Numbered from the stretch's first letter, positions 41,506-51,550 are shown. The stretch: 64,000 nucleotides of DNA from Candidatus Hydrogenedentota bacterium (GCA_963674865.2 CAXXYE010000004.1:640001-704000), one strand, 5' to 3'. Notes: generated by a model not told the origin, from the sequence alone. Numbers and translations are program-made.

Positions 41506-42214
41506 CTATTGGCAGAAGATCTCACCTCGTGAGCGGCGGCTTGTCGTCATCACGGGCGCCTTGATCCTTGTTGCCTTCGTCTACCTGATCGGCCTGGGAG
41601 CCGTATCGCGCCTCCGCGCACTCGACCGCACCGTAGAGCAACTCGAAGATCAGGTTCTCTCCTACAAAGCCCAAATCGCCGTAAGCAAAGAGGTCGATGC
41701 CGCCTATGACAGGATTGCCTCCCAACACTCGAGCACATGGACGGAGGCCCAGATCTTCGACCGCCTGTTTCAGGAGATCTACCGGCTCGCTCTGAAGAAC
41801 CCGCCCGAACTCGGTAGCCAGGAGAAAATGACCGCCCACAAGCCGGCAGACTATCTCGTGATCATTCCCTCTCTCAGACAAGGTTCCCTTAACGAGGAAC
41901 AGGAGGATTGGCGAGAGTACACCATCAAGGTCAAGCCGAATCCAACCGACTTGAAGAGCATCACCGCATTCCTGCAGCGCATTATGGAAAGCCCACAGGC
42001 CCTTCGTGTTGACGCACTCGAACTCTCCCGCCCCGTGAGCAAGAACGACGTGGGCGCAGTGCTCGACGTCACCCGTACCGTGGTAGACGGCATCGCGGAA
42101 CTCCAGGATAATAGCGAAAGCGGGCAAGCCCGCGCGCAAGGCGTTGCCGAGTGCCTCGCAGTGGCAAGCGCTCCCGCGGCACTCGCCGGCCCGCCAAGCA
42201 CACGGCCGAATTAA
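41498..42214 (+). CDS. GspM / PilO-like assembly protein
   Basis: WQKISPRERRL plus TM; FLQRIMESPQALRVDALEL. Confidence 0.7.
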   Translation: MNSYWQKISPRERRLVVITGALILVAFVYLIGLGAVSRLRALDRTVEQLEDQVLSYKAQIAVSKEVDAAYDRIASQHSSTWTEAQIFDRLFQEIYRLALKNPPELGSQEKMTAHKPADYLVIIPSLRQGSLNEEQEDWREYTIKVKPNPTDLKSITAFLQRIMESPQALRVDALELSRPVSKNDVGAVLDVTRTVVDGIAELQDNSESGQARAQGVAECLAVASAPAALAGPPSTRPN

Positions 42215-42227
42215 CGCAGAAGATAGT

Positions 42228-42698
42228 ATGCAAAACAGACCTTACATAGCCGCTGCGGCGGTCGCTATCCTCGCAATCGGAATCATGCTCCTGAACACGC
42301 TGCGCAATCCCATGGCGGCCCGGCGTAGCGACCTCGCGCAGCGACTCGAACAGGCCATGCCCCAATCCCGCGACCTGGACGACACCGGCCCCGACTTTGA
42401 GGCCATCCAAGGGGCCATCAAGAATAAGCCGGCTCTCTGGCGCGAACTTATTCCGCCGCCGCCGCCGCCGCCGCCGAAGCGCGTACCGCCCGATTTCGAC
42501 AAGCTCTTGAAGGGCGTCTCGCCAACGCACCAGCAAGTCGGCGACAAGATACGCGTTAACATCGGAGACAGCTACCGCTGGATGGAAGTCGGTGACAAGT
42601 ACAATAGCCTGACCCTCCATCAGCTCAAGTCGGATAAGGCTATTTTCGCCATCAAGAAAGATGGTAAGCTCTACACCAAGGAACTGCCGCGGAAATGA
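42228..42698 (+). CDS. Small membrane-anchored T2SS protein (GspC HR / PilP-like)
   Basis: TM, poly-Pro linker, short beta domain WMEVGDKYNSLTLHQLKSDKAIF; lies just before the secretin. Confidence 0.55.
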   Translation: MQNRPYIAAAAVAILAIGIMLLNTLRNPMAARRSDLAQRLEQAMPQSRDLDDTGPDFEAIQGAIKNKPALWRELIPPPPPPPPKRVPPDFDKLLKGVSPTHQQVGDKIRVNIGDSYRWMEVGDKYNSLTLHQLKSDKAIFAIKKDGKLYTKELPRK

Positions 42699-42834
42699 TC
42701 GAGGGGCCTATGGCCCCTTCGTGTCTACCTTAGTGACGCCGCGCCCGTTATACTAGATGCGGGAAATACAGTGGAGCGTCCCGCTGGAGCAGCGTCGGTT
42801 ACCATGACGAAACAGGGGAGTTTAGGAACCACAG

Positions 42835-45225
42835 ATGCGCATTCCCTGGTACAAACTGAGCGGAATCATTTGTTTGCTACTGACGGCTGGCCTGGTCGAT
42901 CGCGGCTTCGCCGAGGCCCAGAGTCCCACCCAGCCGGCAGGAAAGCCGTCCATCACGACGCGTGCAAGGCTGGGCGCGGCCGAAACAGACGCCGGCGCCA
43001 CCGGATCGTCCTCCACCATGAGAACAACATCGGGAAGACTCTCGACGAGCGGAACAGGAACGAAATCCGGTGTGCATACCATCCAGCCCGCTGCGGTCGG
43101 CATTTCCGTCACTACGACGGAGCAGCCCTTCCAACCTATCCTGGATACGCCCGTCGAGTACCCGGAAGTGCCCGAAGTGGGGGAGCCGATAACCCTGTCA
43201 TCGCCACCCGGGGGAGACCTCCCGGCTCCCCAGTTCCTCGAAGCCCTCGCCTTGGCAACGGGATGGAACGTCGTCGCATCAGAGGCCGTCAGAGATACGA
43301 AGTTGCGTATCTGGGTGAAACAGATCACCAGCCGCCAGGCCATGGAGGTGCTCAAGTTCCACAACCTCTACTACGAGTTTGACCCCGATACGAACTTCCT
43401 TTACGTGATGACAAAAGATGAGTATCTAACCACCACGTACGGCACGCTGCAGCAGGCTGAGTTCACCATTCGATACGCCGACATCCTGGACATCGATGAA
43501 ACCGTCAAGTCACTGCTTTCGCCCATGGGGCGCCTCGTAACAGACCCACGCACGAGCCGTGTACTCGTCTGGGACACCGAGGAAAACATCCGGCAAATCA
43601 AGACCGCGGTCGCCCAGCTCGACCTTCCCGTGGAATCGCGCGTTGTCCAGCTCAAGCATGTCGACGCCACAAGTGTCGAGAATACTCTCGCCGGACTCAT
43701 CTCCTCGCGCGGGCTCGTACAGGTGGACCCCCGGACGAATAACATCGTTATCACGGATCTCCCGGCCAGACAGGATCAAATCGCCGAGGTCCTGGCGGCG
43801 CTGGACAAAGAACTCGAGTCGCGCACCTGGACCCTGAAGTACGCCGACCCCACCGTCGTGGCCGAGCAGGTCGCCGCCCTCGTGCCGGAAGACATGGGAA
43901 CCGTGTCCATCCAGGAGGAAGTCCACCAAGTCACCGTCACCGCCACCCCCCAGCGCATCGCCGAAATCGACCAGCGCATAAGGAAGTGGGACGTCAAGCG
44001 CCGTCAGGTACAAATCGAGGCTTACCTCGTCACTGCCGGCTCCGCCGTGGCCCGCAACCTCGGCATTTACTGGACCTACTTCTCCAAGAGCGGGGATTTC
44101 CTCCTCCAGGGGGCGTCCCCGACCGCCTATCCTGTAACCGACGGCGCCGAGCAGAGCCTCTCCATCGGCCAGCTTCCCCAGGCCATTCCCCTCACGAACT
44201 GGTTCACCGGCGAACCGGTTACCGACATGGAAGGCAATGAAATCATCGACAGCTTCCGCGGCAACAAAGTCAATGCCGTCATCGACTATCTGCACGAGCA
44301 AGGAAAACTCACCGTCCTTTCCCGACCCCGAGTAACGGTTCAGGACGGTATGGAAGCGATCTTCCAAAACACCAGCCAGGAGCCGTACGTCGAGAGCCGG
44401 GAAACCTATCCCACCACCGTCACTACAGGGACCGGCAATATTGATACCATCCTTCGCGACAAATCCAAGATCACCTTCATGGACGTAGGCATCATCCTTA
44501 CCGTCTTGCCTCGAATTACTGAGGATGACAGCATTCTTCTCGATATCTCGGCCGAGGAAAGTCAGATTATCGAACGGCTCGACCTCGGCACGGAAGACGA
44601 GCCCCGCCTCGTCCCCGTCAAGTCGCAGAACCTCACGCAGACGCAGGTCCGTGTGCACGACGCGCAAACCATCGTCATCGGCGGCCTCAGGAAAGGCACC
44701 ATCGACCACGATAATCGCCGCGTCCCCGTTCTCGGTGATGTGCCGCTCTTTGGCCGCATCTTCCGCAGCACACAGAAGAACAACGAGCAGAGTGAACTCC
44801 TCATCTTCCTGACCTGCTCGCTGGTGGATGAATACACCCACCCCGAGGCCGGCCGCTTGGCACAGCTCGACCAGGACCTCCAGCAGAGCCAACGCCAATA
44901 CGAGAAGCCTCTGTGGGAGCGCATTGACCACAAACTCCGCGACAACAAGAACGAGATACCTGTCTCCATCGGCCAAGGCGGAGACATGTTCTCCAACGGT
45001 GAGCACGTCTCGCTCGACGACCTCCGCAGGAAATTCGCTGAAGTGCCCATGCCGAAGACCACCACCGTCGTCATCCGTAGGCACCCCATGGCCCCGGAGC
45101 GGACGGCTATGGAAGTGACAGAGGCCGCCATGGAAGCCGACCTCAAGGTGGAGACGGAGGACACGATACCGCCCTTTGTGCCTACCTATCGTGAGACCCC
45201 TTCGAACTCCCAAGAACAGCCGTGA
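42835..45225 (+). CDS. gspD: Secretin with Thr/Ser-rich N-terminus and C-terminal ExbD/TolR-like domain
   Basis: Signal peptide, three N-domains (DPRT motifs), RQVQIEA, DVGIILTVLPRI, VPVLGDVPLFGRIFRS, ELLIFLT. Confidence 0.9.
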   Translation: MRIPWYKLSGIICLLLTAGLVDRGFAEAQSPTQPAGKPSITTRARLGAAETDAGATGSSSTMRTTSGRLSTSGTGTKSGVHTIQPAAVGISVTTTEQPFQPILDTPVEYPEVPEVGEPITLSSPPGGDLPAPQFLEALALATGWNVVASEAVRDTKLRIWVKQITSRQAMEVLKFHNLYYEFDPDTNFLYVMTKDEYLTTTYGTLQQAEFTIRYADILDIDETVKSLLSPMGRLVTDPRTSRVLVWDTEENIRQIKTAVAQLDLPVESRVVQLKHVDATSVENTLAGLISSRGLVQVDPRTNNIVITDLPARQDQIAEVLAALDKELESRTWTLKYADPTVVAEQVAALVPEDMGTVSIQEEVHQVTVTATPQRIAEIDQRIRKWDVKRRQVQIEAYLVTAGSAVARNLGIYWTYFSKSGDFLLQGASPTAYPVTDGAEQSLSIGQLPQAIPLTNWFTGEPVTDMEGNEIIDSFRGNKVNAVIDYLHEQGKLTVLSRPRVTVQDGMEAIFQNTSQEPYVESRETYPTTVTTGTGNIDTILRDKSKITFMDVGIILTVLPRITEDDSILLDISAEESQIIERLDLGTEDEPRLVPVKSQNLTQTQVRVHDAQTIVIGGLRKGTIDHDNRRVPVLGDVPLFGRIFRSTQKNNEQSELLIFLTCSLVDEYTHPEAGRLAQLDQDLQQSQRQYEKPLWERIDHKLRDNKNEIPVSIGQGGDMFSNGEHVSLDDLRRKFAEVPMPKTTTVVIRRHPMAPERTAMEVTEAAMEADLKVETEDTIPPFVPTYRETPSNSQEQP

Positions 45226-45686
45226 TCATTCGACAGGTTGTCTCGGGCGGGCAGACGGGCGTTGATCGCGCCGCCCTGGATGTTGCTCTGCGCCTCAAAA
45301 TCCCCTGCGGCGGGTGGTGTCCTAAGGAAAGACTTGCCGAGGATGGTCCGCTGGATAAGCGCTACCCGCTTAAGGAAACCCCCTCCGCCGAATACGCAGA
45401 GCGCACCATGTGGAACGTCCGCGACTCGGACGGCACGCTCATCCTCACCTTAGGCCCGCCAACCAACGGCACCGCATTCACCCTCGCCTGCGCCGAGAGC
45501 CTCGGAAAACCCCGCTTCGTCGTCGACTTTCAGGAAGCGGCTGATACGCTTCCCGTCGGGGAGTGGATTGAGAGCAACGGCTTGAACATTCTCAACATCG
45601 CCGGCCCCCGCGCGAGCAAGTGTCCCGCCATTTACGACGAAACGGCGCGATTTCTGTCCCGGCTCCTCGAATCGAACGGGGAATAG
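45222..45686 (+). CDS. Putative molybdenum carrier / SLOG-fold protein
   Basis: VSGGQTGVDRAALD, GGWCPK, RTMWNVRDSDGTL, LNIAGPRAS. Confidence 0.88.
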   Translation: MIIRQVVSGGQTGVDRAALDVALRLKIPCGGWCPKERLAEDGPLDKRYPLKETPSAEYAERTMWNVRDSDGTLILTLGPPTNGTAFTLACAESLGKPRFVVDFQEAADTLPVGEWIESNGLNILNIAGPRASKCPAIYDETARFLSRLLESNGE

Positions 45687-45693
45687 GCCGCCC

Positions 45694-47100
45694 TCACGCC
45701 CGCGCCGCCAGGTCGCTGCAACCAGGGGCGTCCGCCTCCGTCTTCGCCAACTCCAACAGCCACGCGGGAAAACCGCCCGCGGCGTCTCCCTCTGCTTTGG
45801 CAAAGAGGTCTTTGACAACGTCCGGATGCGCCGCGGCCACGTTCTCCGCGAAAGGCTCCTCGGCCTTCAGATCGTGAAGGAATACGCCTGTGCCATCCAC
45901 CTTGCAGTTGAACCACCAATCATCAGTGATGACTGTCGGCGTCGGCCCCCATGCCACCGTCACGTGCTCGCGCTTGCCCGGCTTCCCGGCCAAGGCATCT
46001 TCAATAAAGGGCAGACCGTCGAGCTCTTCCGGCAACGCCATGCCGGCCAGCCGAAGGACTTCCGCCGTGATGTCCACGTGCTGGACGAACAAATCGCTCA
46101 TCGTCCCCGCGTGTTCCGCTTTCGGAAGACGAATCATCAACGGCACATCATACACGCCCGGGCGCGAAGGATAGCCTCGCTTGCCGATATACCGTGACTC
46201 GCCGATGGAGTGCCCATGATCCGTGGTGAAGATCACGGCGGTGTTGTCCAGCAGCCCCAACACGCGCAGGCTTTCCATGAAATACCCGAACCAGCGATCG
46301 CAGAGCGACACCGCGCCCTTGTAGTTTGCCTGTGTCCGCGACAAGAGCGACGGATCCATGGCATCCGTGTTGGCGTAGCCGGATTTCACCTGCTCCTGGC
46401 CCTCTTCCTTAAGGTACATCCGCCGGTAGTGCTCCGGCACCAGCCAAGGCTCATGCGGATCGAACGATTCCACCGTCAGGAAAAACTGCTCCGCATCCTG
46501 ATTTTGCTCAAGCCACAGCGCCGCCTCTTTCAACACCCGCGCCGCGAAGTAATCCTCCTCGTTGGGCCGATCATGCATGTTCATGATGCACTGCTGAATG
46601 AAGCTGATCGTCGACTCGTTCTGCATCTCCTTAGGCAGCCAGTAGTCGAGTTGCTCTTGCGTGAGCCGAGGCCCCGAGCGGGCCGGATCCTTCTCCTGCC
46701 CGCGAAGAAACGTCCACTGATCGAAACCGCGCGCGAAGTTCTTCGACGGCTTGAACATGTGGTACACGTCCGCCACAAGACCCGTCCGATAGCCGTTAGC
46801 CTGGAGAATCTCCGCGACGGTGTCCTGCTCCTCCGGAATCGGCCCCCAGCCGGGCGCGCCGACAAAGTCACCCTTCAAACGAAAATCGGCATTGTGAAAC
46901 GGATATACCCGGCGTCCCGTATATAAAGCGCGGCGCGTCGGCAGCGTCGGAAGCGACTCGGGATAGGCCCGCGTCATCACCAAGGACTCCTTGGCAAACG
47001 CGTCAAAGTGGGGAGTATGTACCGGCCCCCACGGCGGCGGCCCGTAAACGCCCACACAGTCCTTCCGCAGCGAGTCGAATACAACCAGGATGATGTTCAC
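45694..47100 (-). CDS. Sulfatase-like alkaline phosphatase superfamily hydrolase (Thr at the nucleophile position)
   Basis: GAGGAGG RBS plus GTG; NIILVVFDSLR, TPHFD, PTLPTRRALYTG, FDPHEPW, TTDHG. Confidence 0.88.
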   Translation of the reverse strand: MNIILVVFDSLRKDCVGVYGPPPWGPVHTPHFDAFAKESLVMTRAYPESLPTLPTRRALYTGRRVYPFHNADFRLKGDFVGAPGWGPIPEEQDTVAEILQANGYRTGLVADVYHMFKPSKNFARGFDQWTFLRGQEKDPARSGPRLTQEQLDYWLPKEMQNESTISFIQQCIMNMHDRPNEEDYFAARVLKEAALWLEQNQDAEQFFLTVESFDPHEPWLVPEHYRRMYLKEEGQEQVKSGYANTDAMDPSLLSRTQANYKGAVSLCDRWFGYFMESLRVLGLLDNTAVIFTTDHGHSIGESRYIGKRGYPSRPGVYDVPLMIRLPKAEHAGTMSDLFVQHVDITAEVLRLAGMALPEELDGLPFIEDALAGKPGKREHVTVAWGPTPTVITDDWWFNCKVDGTGVFLHDLKAEEPFAENVAAAHPDVVKDLFAKAEGDAAGGFPAWLLELAKTEADAPGCSDLAARA

Positions 47101-47152
47101 AACGGCAACCTCCTCATTTTGGCCCACGAAACCCGCACACCCGGCCCAATCT

Positions 47153-47276
47153 TCTGACTCACAGTTGACTCTGCTAATCTGCAGACGTGGAAGCGCCCAA
47201 AAAGAAACGAAAAACCGGGACTGACACAAGCGAGTCCGCCTCAGGCGGACGAGACGTGTCTGTCCCTGCTTTTCGC
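47153..47276. repeat. Composite REP-like element
   Basis: GGGACTGACAC-AAGC-GAGTCCGCCTCAGGCGGAC-GAGAC-GTGTCTGTCCC with a 5' flank homologous to 51029-51092. Confidence 0.85.
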
Positions 47277-47341
47277 GGCAAGAATACAACGCCGCCAGCG
47301 TAAGTCATGCTACCAAAGTGCGGCCCCTTCAGGCCGTATCC

Positions 47342-48643
47342 CTACGCATACGACGGCAGATAGTCCCCGTGGGCCTCGATCAAGTCGTCGCAGAGCGACA
47401 CAATCTCGTCAATCGTCAATTCCGATCCCGTGTGCGGATCGAGCATCGCCGCCTGGTAGATGTGCTCCTTCTTCAGCGTCAGCGCCGCCTCGATGGTGAG
47501 TTCCTGCACATTCACATTCGTCCGCGTCACCGCCGCGCATTGCGGGGGCAAGTCGCCCACGTACGTCGGCGTCACCCCATTCCGATCGGCCACGCACATC
47601 ACCTCGACGCACGCACCCGGAGGCAGATTCGTGATCAGCCCCGTATTCAATACATTCCCGCCGAACGTCAAGACATTCCCCGTTTCCATCGACTCGAAGA
47701 TGTACGACGCGTATTCTCCCGTGCGCTCGTGTTCGAGCGGCTCATCGCTAAGAAGCTGCTTCTTCTGCTTGTCCCAATGCTCGATCTGATCCACGCAACG
47801 CCTCGGATACTCGTCCAGCGGAATGTGGAACCGCTCGATAAGCTCCGGCGCCTTCTCCTTGATAAACCACGGCACGTACTCGCTCGTGTGCTCGCTCGAC
47901 TCCGTTATGTAGTGCCCGAACCACTTCATCATCTCGAAGCGCACCGCGTCCTTCTTCTTGTACTCCGGCAACTCGGCCCGCCGCTTGATCTCCGGATACA
48001 GATCCTCCCCGTCCCGCGAAATCTCCAACAACCAGCCCTGATGATTAATCCCCGCGATGCGCCAGCGAAGATTGTCGTCCGGCAAGTCCAGCTTCCGGCA
48101 CAAGCCGCGCGCACAGCTCTGAACGCTGTGGCACAGCCCGACGGTGTGCACGCCCGTTCCCTTCAGTATCGCCCCCGTCAGCATGGCCATCGGATTCGAG
48201 TAGTTGATCAAGAGCGCCTCGGGCGCGACCTCCTCGATGATATGGCAGTAATCCAGCATCACCGGAATCGTCCGCAACGCCCGGAAAATGCCCCCAATGC
48301 CCAGCGTATCCGCTATCGTTTGGCGCAGGCCGTATTTCTTCGGCACCTCGAAGTCGACCACCGTCGATGGTTCATAGCCGCCGACCTGAATCGCGTTCAC
48401 GATGTAATCCACGCCGGACAACGCCTTCCGCGCGTCTTCGCCCATGTAGGCTTCAACCGTGGCCGCCGCGCCGAGCGTCCGGTTCACGTTGTTCAACATC
48501 ACCTCGGACACGTGCAGCCGATCCGCATCAATGTCCACCAACGTGATATGCGAATCTCTCAGGGACTCCGTCGTCAGACAATCGCCCAGCACATTCTTCG
48601 CAAACACGGTACTTCCCGCGCCAAGAAAACAGATCTTTGCCAT
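47342..48643 (-). CDS. melA: Alpha-galactosidase, GH4
   Basis: GAGSTVF, IQVGG, QTIADTLGIGG, NYSNP, GLCHSV, AGINH, TESSEH. Confidence 0.93.
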   Translation of the reverse strand: MAKICFLGAGSTVFAKNVLGDCLTTESLRDSHITLVDIDADRLHVSEVMLNNVNRTLGAAATVEAYMGEDARKALSGVDYIVNAIQVGGYEPSTVVDFEVPKKYGLRQTIADTLGIGGIFRALRTIPVMLDYCHIIEEVAPEALLINYSNPMAMLTGAILKGTGVHTVGLCHSVQSCARGLCRKLDLPDDNLRWRIAGINHQGWLLEISRDGEDLYPEIKRRAELPEYKKKDAVRFEMMKWFGHYITESSEHTSEYVPWFIKEKAPELIERFHIPLDEYPRRCVDQIEHWDKQKKQLLSDEPLEHERTGEYASYIFESMETGNVLTFGGNVLNTGLITNLPPGACVEVMCVADRNGVTPTYVGDLPPQCAAVTRTNVNVQELTIEAALTLKKEHIYQAAMLDPHTGSELTIDEIVSLCDDLIEAHGDYLPSYA

Positions 48644-48877
48644 TTCGCCTACCTCCTCAATCCATGAAAGTCTGAGATGATACGCCCGCCTTCGACCTCA
48701 ATCAAACTATCCGTAGACAAAGCTCGTAGTCCGCGCAATCACAGAACGTGCACGCCGGCAGGCCGCTTGACCTTCCATTCCGTCGGCGAGTATCGTCCCC
48801 CAAGGCGCTCCCCACATAGCGAAGGCGTCGACCCATCGCCCGGCGCCACCACCCAATGCAGCAGAGAAAGGGCCGTC

Positions 48878-50164
48878 GTGCGGATTTTGCATAAAGGCAG
48901 GCTTATCGACGCCTGCACCGTGCCCGGTGAAACGCGGGCCGACGACGTCTACCCGGCCCACCCGAACGCCATTCGCGTCAGCCGCACACGGTGGCTCCTC
49001 GTCTACGCCACACGTGGATTCCGCCTCAAAGACGATGACCGCAGCATCATCTATCAACTGCGACGCAACGCGCCCGACGGGCCCGTGGTGTGCGAGGGCC
49101 TCATCGCCCGAGCGCTGGATGACTGGGACCCCTTCCTAGACGGCAACAAATGCGTCCGGCAATACGGGTCGCCTGTGGCCTTCGGCGTGCCGCGAGGAGC
49201 GCGGATTGACGGCAAGTCACTGCCGCACGCCAACGTATTCGCCGTCAAGTGGCGCGTGCTCGCCTTGGCCATCGAGCCCGGCTCCGGACGCGTGTCGAAT
49301 GACCCGGTTCTTCGCGCACGCACGCAGGGCGTAATGTGGGCGCAGTTCAGACTCAACGATTCCGAAGACCACCTCGAAGTGCTCCAGCCGCCCATGCCCT
49401 TCCGGCAAAGAGGCTTTGAGCAGGGTGACGCGTTCTGTGAACTCCCCGAATGCCGCTGGATGAACCAGACGTTCATCCAGCCTCAACCCTACAACGCGGA
49501 CGCTTCCGAGTGGATAGACTGCAATCACGTCGACGGAAGCCGCGTCGCCGCCATCAAACACGTCTTCAATCCCGAGGCCGGCCGCTATGAATGGGCCGCA
49601 TGCGGCCCCTACCTCTTCGACCGCCCCACGAGCGAGGCGAGCATCCTGCCTTGGCACGGCCATTGGATCATTACCGCCCGCCTCCATCACAGAGGCAATT
49701 CCGGCGTGGCCTGGCTCAAGACCGACGACCCCTTCCTGCCGACCGGCAGGCCCGTCTACCAAGCCATTCCCGCCACCCATGTCCCGCGCACGGCTTACTT
49801 GTGCCCCGACGGCGTCGTAAGACTATTCACCGGCGACCCGACCATCTCGCCCTACGGATACGGCAGGAACCCCCTCTACGTCTGGGATGTCGCATCCGAA
49901 GACGGCTTCAACGTGTCCAACCGGCGCGTCGTGTACGACTGCCGCCTCGCCGGCTTGGACACCGAGAGCTGCCTGCGCGTCGACATGTGCAAACTGGTGC
50001 CCGCCGCCGGCGAGAGGCAACTGCTGCTGCATCGCGTGGCGCCCGTGGAGGATGAGCGACTCACACAAGGGGGAAAGGCCGACGGCGGCATATACGGTGC
50101 CTGGCTAACGTACGATCACGTCGACCCCGATGCGGTACGTGCGCAGATCCCATGGACCTTATAG
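48878..50164 (+). CDS. Hypothetical protein, possibly a beta-propeller hydrolase
   Basis: Long ORF with coding-like GC3; no motif recognised; GTG start after GAAAGGG is tentative. Confidence 0.65.
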   Translation: MRILHKGRLIDACTVPGETRADDVYPAHPNAIRVSRTRWLLVYATRGFRLKDDDRSIIYQLRRNAPDGPVVCEGLIARALDDWDPFLDGNKCVRQYGSPVAFGVPRGARIDGKSLPHANVFAVKWRVLALAIEPGSGRVSNDPVLRARTQGVMWAQFRLNDSEDHLEVLQPPMPFRQRGFEQGDAFCELPECRWMNQTFIQPQPYNADASEWIDCNHVDGSRVAAIKHVFNPEAGRYEWAACGPYLFDRPTSEASILPWHGHWIITARLHHRGNSGVAWLKTDDPFLPTGRPVYQAIPATHVPRTAYLCPDGVVRLFTGDPTISPYGYGRNPLYVWDVASEDGFNVSNRRVVYDCRLAGLDTESCLRVDMCKLVPAAGERQLLLHRVAPVEDERLTQGGKADGGIYGAWLTYDHVDPDAVRAQIPWTL

Positions 50165-50207
50165 ATGCGCTGGAACACCAGCTTGCCAACCATAGCAGGA
50201 GCACACC

Positions 50208-50978
50208 ATGTCAAACTCAATCAAAGAGATGCTTCGCGCGGGCCGAACGGCCCTCGGCTTCGCCATCACCTATCCCGCCCCGGGAATCATCGAATCCATC
50301 GGCAAAGGATGGGACTGGGCCTGGATTGACGGCCAACACGGCCAGCTTGACGAACGAACCATACTCGAGTGCGTACGCACCGCCCACGCCGCAGGCATCG
50401 CATCCATCGTGCGCGTCCCCTCTCACGAGCCAGGCGTCATCGGCCGCGTGCTCGATATGGCCCCCACGGGCATCATGGTGCCCATGGTCGACACGCCCGA
50501 ACAGGCCCGGCGCGTCGTCGATGCAGCCCGCTTCCCACCCCTCGGGCGGCGTTCCTACGGAGGGCGGCGCATGGGGGATCTCAACGGACGCACCTACTAC
50601 GAAACCGCTAACGACGATACGCTCCTTCTCGCTCAGATTGAGACGCCCGAGGGACTCGAAAACGCCAAGGCCATCGCCGGTGCCGAGGGCGTTGACGTGC
50701 TCTTCTTCGGCGCCGACGACATGAAGATCCGACTCGGCATCCCCATTAACACGGCCCCCTATGAATCAGAGAAGTTGGGGAAGGCGGCCGAGGCCATTGC
50801 CCAAGCCGCTCACGAGGCAGGCAAAGCCGCAGGCGCCGTGACGGCCAACGTGGACGCCCTCCGATTCGCCCACGATCTCGGCTACCAAATGCTCGCCGGA
50901 GGCTCCGAGGTTGGCTTCGCCCGCGAAGCCGCAGCCAAACGCCTCGAAGAGCTCACCCGCGCGATTCCGCCTGAGTGA
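50208..50978 (+). CDS. HpcH/HpaI aldolase family protein
   Basis: WIDGQHG, IVRVP, MVPMV, RFPPLGRR, AQIET, FGADDM. Confidence 0.92.
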   Translation: MSNSIKEMLRAGRTALGFAITYPAPGIIESIGKGWDWAWIDGQHGQLDERTILECVRTAHAAGIASIVRVPSHEPGVIGRVLDMAPTGIMVPMVDTPEQARRVVDAARFPPLGRRSYGGRRMGDLNGRTYYETANDDTLLLAQIETPEGLENAKAIAGAEGVDVLFFGADDMKIRLGIPINTAPYESEKLGKAAEAIAQAAHEAGKAAGAVTANVDALRFAHDLGYQMLAGGSEVGFAREAAAKRLEELTRAIPPE

Positions 50979-51028
50979 CACCGGAGCGACACACCAATGC
51001 GCACGCCCCCCTCCCGGCAAGCCACTAC

Positions 51029-51482
51029 TCTGACTCATAATTGACGCTGCCTATCTCCAAACGAAGCAGCGCCCAAGAACGGGCGAAAAACGGGGACTGA
51101 CACAAGCGAGTCCGCCTCAGGCGAACGGAGACGTGTCTGTCCCTGCTTTTCGCCGTAATCCGCCGATACCCCCGCCCCCGAAGCATTCCCCGGTAGCCCG
51201 CCACGGCGGGTGGCATGTTCTAGTGTTCACACTCATAACGGAATTCACTTATCTGCAGACGCAGAAGCGAAAAACGGGGACTGACGCAAGCGAAGTCCGC
51301 CTCAGGCGGACGGAGACGTGTCTGTCCCTGCTTTTCGCCCTGCTTTTAGCCGTGATCCGCCGATACCCCCGCCCCCGGACATCCCGCGTTAGCCCGCCAT
51401 GGCGGGCGGCATACTCTAGCCCACGGCGTGAGCCGTGGGAAAAAGCGCCGCCTCCATTCCATAGCCTCGTAAGAGGCGACAT
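51029..51482. repeat. Cluster of two composite REP-like units plus a three-hairpin tail
   Basis: Two GGGACTGAC..GTGTCTGTCCC units with CCGCCTCAGGCG cores; hairpins AGCCCGCCA.GGCGGG, CCCACGGCGTGAGCCGTGGG, GCCTCGTAAGAGGC. Confidence 0.9.
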
Positions 51483-51550
51483 ATCGCCCCGTCTCCTCAA
51501 GGCTTCGAGATCGCGACGTAATCCCGTACCCCTGCGCGAGTGGATGGGCA

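Noticed and set aside
42453..42476. (CCG)8 as a phase-variation tract
   Set aside because: In-frame triplet encoding a poly-Pro linker; length change would not shift the frame.
43510..45213. Long antisense ORFs (567 aa here; also 22038-23498, 5341-6693, 47318-48667, 18551-19666, 61063-62343)
   Set aside because: They are shadow frames of well-supported genes, expected in GC-rich DNA, and have no recognisable motifs.
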